A DNA stretch of 64,000 bases, taken from contig JBBRRY010000010.1 in NCBI GenBank assembly GCA_038245905.1, positions 24,325 through 88,324 of the forward strand, read 5' to 3'. Shown here one piece after another: positions 57,152 through 64,000 of the stretch. Numbering within the stretch: the stretch's first letter is position 1; the number at the start of each line of letters is the position of its first letter. The position numbers and the translations under genes are program-made. This DNA is from Thermoanaerobaculia bacterium (GTDB lineage Bacteria; Acidobacteriota; Thermoanaerobaculia; UBA5066). The notes beneath the pieces are model-generated. The model was not told where the DNA came from and searched no databases. It saw nothing but the letters and a program-made list of their open reading frames with translations.

Positions 57152-57576
57152 AGATCGTCGATCTGAACGTTCTCCTTTACGCCATCAACGAAGACTCCGT
57201 TCATCATCGGGCCGCCCGTCGCTGGTGGCATGAGGCCACGAACGGCGAGGAGCCGATCGGGTTTCCCTGGGTCGTGCTGGCGGGCTTCCTTCGTCTCGCC
57301 ACGAGCTCGGCTGTATTTGCCCGTCCGCTCGAGCCGGACGTTGCGCTCCGGACGGTGGACACGTGGATGTCTCTCCCCGTCGCACGGCTCGTGAGCGAGA
57401 AGGACGAGCACTGGGAGATCCTTCGCCGCCTCCTCGCCGAGGCGGGGACGGCGGGAAACCTGGTGACGGATGCCCACCTTGCGGCCCTGGCGATCAGCCA
57501 TGGGGCTGTCCTCGTCTCTTCGGACAACGACTTCTCCCGCTTCAAGGGGTTGCGCTGGGAGAACCCGACCGGGTGA
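57148..57576 (+). CDS. vapC: VapC PIN toxin
   Basis: VDLNVLLYA, GFLRLAT, GNLVTDAHLAALA..HG..L.S.D.DFSRF.GL.W.NP. Confidence 0.9.
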   Translation: MKIVDLNVLLYAINEDSVHHRAARRWWHEATNGEEPIGFPWVVLAGFLRLATSSAVFARPLEPDVALRTVDTWMSLPVARLVSEKDEHWEILRRLLAEAGTAGNLVTDAHLAALAISHGAVLVSSDNDFSRFKGLRWENPTG

Positions 57577-57604
57577 GGGCGCCGCGTCGTTCTAAGATGA
57601 CGCG

Positions 57605-58042
57605 GTGACGGAACTGCCGGATTCCTCTGCTGCTCTCGACGCCGCGCTCCGAACGGCGCTCGTGGCGGTCGTCCGCCGCCTTGTGCCGGACGTCGATGGC
57701 ATTTACCTGTTCGGCTCGGTGGCGCGAGGCCGGACTCGTCCGGGCAGCGACGTCGACCTCGCTCTCCTCCTCCCGCCAGGCCGGAAGCTCTCGCCCGACG
57801 AGCTCCTCACGACGATGTCCGCGCTCGAGAGACTGACGCATAGAACCGTGGACCTGTCCGTCCTTGATACCCAAACCCAGCTCGTGCACGCCAAGGAAGT
57901 CGTCACGACGGGTGTGTGCCTCTTCGCGCGGAGCACGGAGCGGATTCGCGCCTTCGAAATGCAGGTTCTCTCGGAGTACGCGCGCCTTCTCGAGGACCGC
58001 GCGCCGGTTGAAGCCGCCTACACGCTTCACGCCGATGGATGA
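57605..58042 (+). CDS. Minimal nucleotidyltransferase (MntA-like antitoxin)
   Basis: IYLFGSVARG...SDVDLA, VDLSVL, SEYARL.E.R. Confidence 0.88.
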   Translation: MTELPDSSAALDAALRTALVAVVRRLVPDVDGIYLFGSVARGRTRPGSDVDLALLLPPGRKLSPDELLTTMSALERLTHRTVDLSVLDTQTQLVHAKEVVTTGVCLFARSTERIRAFEMQVLSEYARLLEDRAPVEAAYTLHADG

Positions 58043-58445
58043 CGTCCTTCTTAACAAGGCCGCGATCATGGAGAGGTGCGTGCGCCGCGTGGCCGAGATC
58101 TACGCGGGAACGCCCTCACGCCTGCTCGATTCGACGAACCAGGACGCCATCGTCCTCAACCTCGAGCGGGCCTGCCAGGCTGCCATTGACGCGGCGATGT
58201 ACGTCGTGGCCCGCGAGCACTTGGGCGTGCCCCAGGCCAGCGCCGATGCCTTCACGCTGCTCGAGAAAGCCGGCCGGCTCGACGCAGGCCTGGCGGGTCG
58301 ACTCCGGGCGATGGTCGGCTTTCGGAATGTCGCGGTGCACGAATACCAGAAGCTGAACCTCGACATCCTTCGGGCGATCGTGGAAAGCCGCGGCACCGAC
58401 TTCATCTCCTTCTGCACTGCTCTCGGGCTGCGGATACAGGCCTGA
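58035..58445 (+). CDS. HEPN/DUF86 (HepT-like) toxin
   Basis: MDDVLLNK, AIVLNLERACQAAID, MVGFRNVAVHEY (RxxxxH). Confidence 0.9.
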   Translation: MDDVLLNKAAIMERCVRRVAEIYAGTPSRLLDSTNQDAIVLNLERACQAAIDAAMYVVAREHLGVPQASADAFTLLEKAGRLDAGLAGRLRAMVGFRNVAVHEYQKLNLDILRAIVESRGTDFISFCTALGLRIQA

Positions 58446-58452
58446 CTGGCCC

Positions 58453-59684
58453 CTACTGCCAGTACCCGTTCACGTCCACGATCAGGTGCACCGTTCCGGT
58501 CGGAATGTTCGAGACCACCGTCACGCTTCCCGTCGGCGCCCCGAACAGCCCGAGAATCGCATTGTCCGCGCGCGTCTGCCCGGCGCGAAACGAGATCGTG
58601 TCGAGGGATGGGGTAGTCCCCGCTGGCCCGATCCGCACGCTTCCGGCCGCCGTCGCGCCGGTGATCGTCACGTTCGCGGCCACGGCCACAGCGCCCGAGG
58701 GCACGCCGCAGATTCCCGCGATCGCGAATGTGCGCGTCCCGTTCGCCGCGAGCGCCGGTCCGTCCGAGCCTCGCGTGTCGTGGACGCGGCAGGGCGGAAG
58801 CGTCGTGAACGTCGCGGCGGGCGGCGGCGCCGCCGCGAAGTCGATCCGTCGCACCTGTCCGCCCGCCGCATACGTCGTGTAGTAAAGCGACGTCCCGATC
58901 GGCGACGGCCCGAAGATCAGCTCGACGAGAGTGTTCGCCCCGAGCCCCGTCGCGAAGTCGACGGCCGAGGCGGCCGGCAGCGACGCGAGCCGTGCGATCG
59001 CGCCGCAGTTGAAGTCCGCGAAGAGGTACGTTCCGTCGTACGCGGCAGGCCACGCGCCTGTCGGCACCCACGCGCCGCCCGTGATCGACCCACACCCGGT
59101 CGCCGTCGTCCCGGGGATCGTCCCGTGAGGGAACTCGAAGTGCGGGTCGAGCATGCTCGACGGCGCCGGGCTGCACTTGCCGCTCGTCAGCGCCGTGTGC
59201 GCCCCCTCGCGGCACGGCCAGCCCCCAGCAGCACCAGCTCCGTCGCCGGATTGATCACGTTCGCGGTGGGGACGTCCAGCGTGAAGCGCGAGATCCGCTC
59301 CTCCGGGCCGCTGAGCGAGCTGGTGGGACAGCCGGCTGCGTTCTTGTTGAACGTGTAGAAGAGATACACGAAGTGGTTCGTCGCGAACGCCGGATCCACG
59401 GCCACGCCGAGGAGTCCGCGCTCGCTGTTCGAGCAGACCAGAGAGCCAAGGGAGAGCGCCGGTGTCGCGAGCAGGTTCCCACCCGAAACGATCCGGAGCG
59501 CCCCACCCTGCGTCGCCACGAGCAGCCGCCCGTCCGGTGTGAACGCCAGGGCCGTCGGCGCCCCGACCGTCGCCACGAGAGCGTCCCCGAAGCCAGGGGG
59601 AATTGTGATCGCGGCGGCGGGAACGGAGGCCAGTGCCGCGAAGGTAAGACACGCCGCAATTGATCGCCTGCGGAAATGCGCCAT
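58453..59684 (-). pseudogene. GSDH-like (PQQ sugar dehydrogenase fold) secreted protein with shared C-terminal domain, broken by an internal deletion/frameshift near 59225
   Basis: N-part: signal peptide, PTALAFTPDGRL, ERGLLGVAVDP.F..NH.VYLFYT. C-part in another frame: GWPCREG...SITGG...YLFADF...PCRVHDTR...DVNGYWQ. The central HxGG/GLRNP blades are missing. Confidence 0.8.
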
Positions 59685-59782
59685 GTGGCCTCCGGACGGG
59701 AGTGTCGGAAGGTCACGGAGCAGGGCATTTCCCTGCTTCGGCCCATAATTCGTCCGGAGGGTTTCCTCCGCACGAGGATCTG

Positions 59783-60022
59783 ATGGCAGTTCAGGACCCT
59801 AAGCAGGACTCCAAGCTCTCGGGGGCCATCCCCCGGGAGTGGTTGGACGAGTTCGAGGCGGCTGCGCGGCGTCCGCTGAAAACCCGCTTCCGGTATGCCT
59901 TCATCAAAACGCACCGGCCCGTACTTGATGACGCCCCATTTCGCGCCTTCGACTCGATGGAAGGGTATAGGCGCTGGTGTGAAGAGAACCTGCCGGATTG
60001 GCTCGGTTATGGGCGCGTTTGA
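59783..60022 (+). CDS. Small protein, partner of the downstream nucleotidyltransferase
   Basis: GAGG RBS; ...EWLDEFEAAARRPL...YRRWCEENLPDWLGYGRV; overlaps the next gene. Confidence 0.65.
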   Translation: MAVQDPKQDSKLSGAIPREWLDEFEAAARRPLKTRFRYAFIKTHRPVLDDAPFRAFDSMEGYRRWCEENLPDWLGYGRV

Positions 60023-60476
60023 GTACCGGCAGGCCGAGGAGATTCGTGACGCGTTCTCGCGCCACGGGGTGCGGTACCTGTTCATCGGAAAGTCCGGAGC
60101 CATCCTCCTCGGCTTCCCGGACACGACCCAGGACGCCGATCTCTTTGTCGAACGGTCGCCGGAAAACGGTGAGGCGATCGCGGCGGCCCTTCCAGACCTC
60201 GGCTTCGACCTAACCCCTCAGCAGGCACAGGAAATCCGGGCGGGGAAGGACTTCGTCCAGCTCAAGAACGGCCCGTTCGACCTCGATCTCGTGTTCGCGC
60301 CTGACGGCATTGAGACTTTCACGGACGCTTGGAATCGCCGGGTCGAAGTGGAGGGATTTCCGGTGTGCCACCCGGACGACATCATCTCCAGCAAGGAAGC
60401 AACGAACCGCCAGAAGGACCGGGAATCCCTGCCCAGATTGCGCTCGTTCAGGGACTACTGGAAGGCTCGGCGATGA
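60009..60476 (+). CDS. Nucleotidyltransferase-like protein
   Basis: IGKSGAILLGFPDTTQDADLF, DLDLVF, IISSKEATNRQKDRESL. Confidence 0.72.
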   Translation: MGAFEYRQAEEIRDAFSRHGVRYLFIGKSGAILLGFPDTTQDADLFVERSPENGEAIAAALPDLGFDLTPQQAQEIRAGKDFVQLKNGPFDLDLVFAPDGIETFTDAWNRRVEVEGFPVCHPDDIISSKEATNRQKDRESLPRLRSFRDYWKARR

Positions 60477-60580
60477 GGGTTCGAGATCCCGTCGGAGACC
60501 AGGGAATCCTGGAGGCGGTCGCGTGGCACGCCTGAAAGAGGCAGCCGGCACGCCGGCGGGCTTATCGCCGGGGTACCATC

Positions 60581-61780
60581 GTGAAAACCGTGGGTTTGAG
60601 AATCCTGCATCTGACGCCTTCCATCGCGCACGGTTCCTATGGGTTGGGACAGGTTGCCGTCAACCTGGTGAAGGCTCAGCAGAAACTGAACGAGGATCCG
60701 GTCATCTGGTGTCTCGATTCAGAGCCGGAGAAACGGGCCGAGGCGGAGGCGTGGGGCCTGCCTCCGGGTACAGTCCGGTCATTCAAGCGCGACGGACCCA
60801 GGCTGACCGGCTGGTCGTCGGCGCTTGTGACGGCGATGAAGGAAGAAGGGCATCAATTCGACGTCCTCCACCAGCACGGCATCTGGACCGGCATTTCATA
60901 TGCTGCGAAGACGTTCTCGACCGCCCTCGGGCGCCCGACCGTGGTGGCTCCTCACGGATCCCTCCATCGATTCGCCCTGGCGAAATCGCCCTGGAAAAAA
61001 CGCCTGGCGTCCGTTCTCTATGAGAGTTCTAATCTGAAAAACACCGCATGCCTCCACGCCCTGGCGGAGCCGGAAGTCGATAGTTTCCGCCAATACGGCC
61101 TCACGAACCCGATCGCGCTGATCAAGAACGGTGTCTCCGACGAGTGGCTGGCGCGAGAAGGTGACAGCGCGCTCTTTCGCGAGACACATTCGATTCCTGC
61201 GGATCGACGCATTCTGTTGTACATGTCCAGAATCGCTCGGGAGAAGGGTCTTTCGATCCTTCTGAAGGCGTGGGCCGCCCTCGAGGGAAGACGCCTTCGA
61301 TGGCTGCTGGTCATCGTCGGGGGCGACGTGGACGGACACAGGAAGGAATGCGAGAACCTTGCGACGCACCTCGGGATCGAGAGCTCGGTGCGGTTCCTCG
61401 GGCCGATTTTCGGCCAGGGCAGGCGTGACGCGCTTGCCGCCGCGGACCTCTTTGTTCTTCCGACCTACAGTGAAGGGGCTCCGCTGGTCGTTCTGGAATG
61501 CCTCGGCGCGGGCGTGCCCGCGGTCGTCACCCGTGGGGCGGCGTGGGCGGATCTGGAGACCTACGGTTGCGGCTGGTGGGTCGAAACGAGCACAGAGGGA
61601 ATCCGAAGCGGACTCGAGTCCGCCATGAATCTCCCGCCGGAAAAGCTGCGGGCGATGGGGCTGGCGGGGCGTTCCCTCGTCGCGGACCGATATAACTGGC
61701 GGACGTTGGCCGAGCAGACGGTAGCGCTCTACCGTTGGCTTGTGACGAAAACTGGAAAACCGGAGTTCGTCACGAACTAG
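60581..61780 (+). CDS. GT4 glycosyltransferase
   Basis: HQHGIW, PHGSL, SRIAREKG, FVLPTYSEGAPLVVLECLGAGVP. Confidence 0.88.
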   Translation: MKTVGLRILHLTPSIAHGSYGLGQVAVNLVKAQQKLNEDPVIWCLDSEPEKRAEAEAWGLPPGTVRSFKRDGPRLTGWSSALVTAMKEEGHQFDVLHQHGIWTGISYAAKTFSTALGRPTVVAPHGSLHRFALAKSPWKKRLASVLYESSNLKNTACLHALAEPEVDSFRQYGLTNPIALIKNGVSDEWLAREGDSALFRETHSIPADRRILLYMSRIAREKGLSILLKAWAALEGRRLRWLLVIVGGDVDGHRKECENLATHLGIESSVRFLGPIFGQGRRDALAAADLFVLPTYSEGAPLVVLECLGAGVPAVVTRGAAWADLETYGCGWWVETSTEGIRSGLESAMNLPPEKLRAMGLAGRSLVADRYNWRTLAEQTVALYRWLVTKTGKPEFVTN

Positions 61781-61853
61781 CTGGGCCGGAAGGTGAGAAT
61801 CTCGGCTGCTCCGGCTCGTCTGACCGGAGGCGCTCGGCCGAATAGCTCCGCGA

Positions 61854-62279
61854 TCAGTTCTTCGTAACTCCTCCGGGATGAGAGCTCCGGAACGCCTGAT
61901 ACGCCTGCTGGGACTCTCCCTGGAGCTTCGACAGCTGGGATGCGAGGAACTGCTGGCGGGCCTGCTGGAAGCGGGCGAAGCCGTTCTTGCCGAGCTGGGA
62001 CTTCACGGCATCCTCACTCTGGGCGACTTTGAGCCTCCGGGCCCGGAGCTCTCCGGCGGTCATCTTCTGGCCGTGGGACTCGAGGACCTGGCCATCCGGG
62101 AGCTTCTCCAAATCCTGCGGGGTCAGCTTCGTCTGGCCGAGGCTGATGACGGCGGGACTCGCGGCGGTCCCTGGCTTGATGAGGGCTCTGGTCTCGGCGC
62201 CGTTCGCCGGCGAGAAGGTCACGAGGAGTGAGGCGGCCAGGGCGAGCAGGCGGGCGGATGTGATTCTCATGGTTCGCAT
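61854..62279 (-). CDS. Secreted hypothetical protein
   Basis: AAGGAAGG RBS, signal peptide (ANG-A), LEKLPDGQVLES.G..MTAGELR. Confidence 0.7.
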   Translation of the reverse strand: MRTMRITSARLLALAASLLVTFSPANGAETRALIKPGTAASPAVISLGQTKLTPQDLEKLPDGQVLESHGQKMTAGELRARRLKVAQSEDAVKSQLGKNGFARFQQARQQFLASQLSKLQGESQQAYQAFRSSHPGGVTKN

Positions 62280-62286
62280 CCTTCCT

Positions 62287-63444
62287 TTACTTGGGCGAGA
62301 TTCCGCGGGGGCCGTAGGCGTACACGAAGATGAAATACAGCATCTCGTCGCCCCAGAAGTTCGTGTTCCAGTCGACATTGAAAGAAGCCGACGTTGCCCC
62401 GTCCGGGAACTTCGACACTCTCGCGTTGGGCAGGCAGCCGAAGTTCTCCTCTCCGCAGAGCTCATATCGGTCCAGGACGAAGTCGGTACCGACGGCGACG
62501 CTGTAGCTGTCTGTCCCGCTCGCATACACGCTGCCGTGATTTTTGGGCCACTTCTTTCCGTAGATCGACACCTTCACCGGGGTGGGCTGGGCCCATGTAT
62601 AGCCCGTGACGCACTGGTCGCCGGCGGCCTGGCAGCCGTTCACGCTGATGCCGTCCCACACGAGCGCGTAGTCGAGGAGCGGGTCGATCCGCATCGCCAC
62701 GTCGTTGCTCCGGTGGTTCAGGGAATTCACGACCTCGATCTTGACCTGCGTCGACCGGAACCCGGCGAGGTCCTTCGGGACGTTGACGAAGATCCCGGTG
62801 TCCGTCCAGGTCCGGGATCCCCACGCGCCGGGGCCGGCCCAGAGCTCCTGATCGGGGTTGCCGGGGATCCCTTTGATGAGGATTTTTCCGGGCGTTACCC
62901 CGAAATCCTTCCCCTCGCACAGGACGAAGAAGCCGGGCTTGGTGAAGGAACTGCACTTCGTGATGGTCGGGCCGAACCCCCTGATCATCGACGCGTTGGA
63001 CACGCACTCCAGTGGCGTCAGCACGGTGACGGCCTGCGACCACGTCTTCGAGCCGAACCATTCGAACCATCCGACGCCGTCGGTCGCCATGTCGAAGATC
63101 AGCTCCCATGTTCCGGGCGCTCCGGGCGCCTGCACGGTTGCGGCCACGGACACCTGGCCCCCCGCGGGCACGTCGCCCGGCAGACTCGTCTTCAGCCCGT
63201 CGTAGACCACGATGACGCCGCCCTGCTTCCAGTGGTATCTGAGATGGGTGAGGCTCGCCGTCCAGGTGGCCGCGGCGCCCGCCCCGCTGTTGCCGAGACT
63301 CACCGTCACCTTCGAGGTCTTCCCGGCGCAGAAGATCGGGAGGGGCGTGTTCGGGACGATCACGGCAGAGTATTGCGCCGCCGTGACCGGCAGGGCCGCC
63401 GCCGCGAACGCGAACGCCGCGAGAGCAATCGTGCGGTATTTCAC
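62287..63444 (-). CDS. Secreted protein with N-terminal NBR1-like Ig domain and Cys-rich C-terminal region
   Basis: GGAGG RBS and GTG at 63444; signal peptide; V.V.LGNSG...W...LRYHW...LP.DV..G..V...VQAP..PG.W.L.FDM..DGV.WF. Confidence 0.75.
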   Translation of the reverse strand: MKYRTIALAAFAFAAAALPVTAAQYSAVIVPNTPLPIFCAGKTSKVTVSLGNSGAGAAATWTASLTHLRYHWKQGGVIVVYDGLKTSLPGDVPAGGQVSVAATVQAPGAPGTWELIFDMATDGVGWFEWFGSKTWSQAVTVLTPLECVSNASMIRGFGPTITKCSSFTKPGFFVLCEGKDFGVTPGKILIKGIPGNPDQELWAGPGAWGSRTWTDTGIFVNVPKDLAGFRSTQVKIEVVNSLNHRSNDVAMRIDPLLDYALVWDGISVNGCQAAGDQCVTGYTWAQPTPVKVSIYGKKWPKNHGSVYASGTDSYSVAVGTDFVLDRYELCGEENFGCLPNARVSKFPDGATSASFNVDWNTNFWGDEMLYFIFVYAYGPRGISPK

Positions 63445-63595
63445 AGGTCCCTCCGTCTTCCATCCCGCCGCGCGGGGAAGCAAGGGCAATGTACGTTCGG
63501 CTCGGGGGATGTACAAGGCGTTTGGCAGGTCCGGGCACGACAATGCGTCGCCCCGGCGCGCCACGAGCACGAAACGCGTAGCGTTTCTCACATTG

Positions 63596-63770
63596 CTGCC
63601 AGTATCCGCTTACGGCGACGACGAGGTGCCCGGCCCAGGCCCCGGGCGGGATGGCCGATGATGACCATAACGCTCCCGATCGGCGTTCCGAACAGCCCGA
63701 GGACGGCGTTGTTCGCGCGCGTCTGGCCGGCCCGGAATGGCACGGCGTCGAGGGACGGCGTCGTGCCTGC
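63596..63770 (-). pseudogene. Relic of the shared C-terminal domain (paralog of the 58453-58625 segment)
   Basis: AGTTPSLDAVPFRAGQTRANNAVLGLFGTPIGSV...HLVVAVSGYWQ versus AGTTPSLDTISFRAGQTRADNAILGLFGAPTGSV...HLIVDVNGYWQ; frameshifted. Confidence 0.8.
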
Positions 63771-63828
63771 AGGCCAGCGCCAGACGGGACGAAGGGTACC
63801 GAATCGGCAAATTCGTGGCTCGGCGGTC

Positions 63829-64000
63829 TCAGTTCGCGCAGGTCAGCCAGATGTGTGTCGTGATGGGATTGCCCGGACAGCCCGCATACAGGCTCGGGTT
63901 GCAGAGGCTCATAGTGGTCACGAAGACCTTGTCCTGGTTGCTATTCCCGTCGTGGAAGTACTGAATGCTCTGAATGATGTAGGCGGTGCTGTTCGTGTAC
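63829..64000 (-). CDS. C-terminal end of a hypothetical protein entering from beyond the window
   Basis: Manual translation YTNSTAYIIQSIQYFHDGNSNQDKVFVTTMSLCNPSLYAGCPGNPITTHIWLTCAN-TGA. Confidence 0.5.
   Translation of the reverse strand, partial: YTNSTAYIIQSIQYFHDGNSNQDKVFVTTMSLCNPSLYAGCPGNPITTHIWLTCAN

Noticed and set aside
55195-58452. Integron cassette array (attC sites) explaining the TA cluster
   Set aside because: Spacers are short and lack recognisable RYYYAAC...GTTRRRY attC structure; no intI in the window.
59215-59240. Programmed frameshift in the GSDH-like gene
   Set aside because: A large conserved segment is missing at the junction, so shifting frame would not yield a complete enzyme.

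Overview
High-GC diderm bacterial DNA. LpxC is present, and gene content and style suggest Acidobacteriota, possibly Thermoanaerobaculia-like (inference only). About 1-33 kb is mostly core genes: OmpA-domain protein, DUF4388, ruvC, yebC, mtaB-like, a receiver/Ser-Thr kinase/TonB-C fusion, a Btu/Fec-type ABC importer, accD-folC-dgt-glyA, a phd-vapC pair, nadE, formiminotransferase, M28 peptidase, lpxC-DUF4390-ntrY-ntrX, HD-GYP and smpB. From the end of smpB (~33 kb) to the window end is an accessory cell-surface region. Its main feature is six signal-peptide ORFs (five intact, one broken) that all end in the same ~120-aa domain (PCRxxDTR...CG[VI]P...N...DV[NT]GY[FYW][QEH]-stop): two metalloproteases, an unknown enzyme-like domain, an FG-GAP protein, a broken GSDH-like propeller and a stand-alone copy. 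They are interleaved with four GT-C-like membrane proteins, a GT2-GT4 enzyme, a stand-alone coiled-coil 'ruler-like' protein and Wzm/Wzt. I propose this is a candidate uncharacterised surface-display/anchoring system. The region also holds several decayed duplicate fragments and five toxin-antitoxin-like two-gene modules, three of them small-protein plus nucleotidyltransferase pairs. Sigma-54-like and leaderless sigma-70-like promoters are visible. I recognised no rRNA, tRNA, tmRNA, CRISPR array, integrase or transposase. All family assignments come from motif recognition by eye, not database searches.
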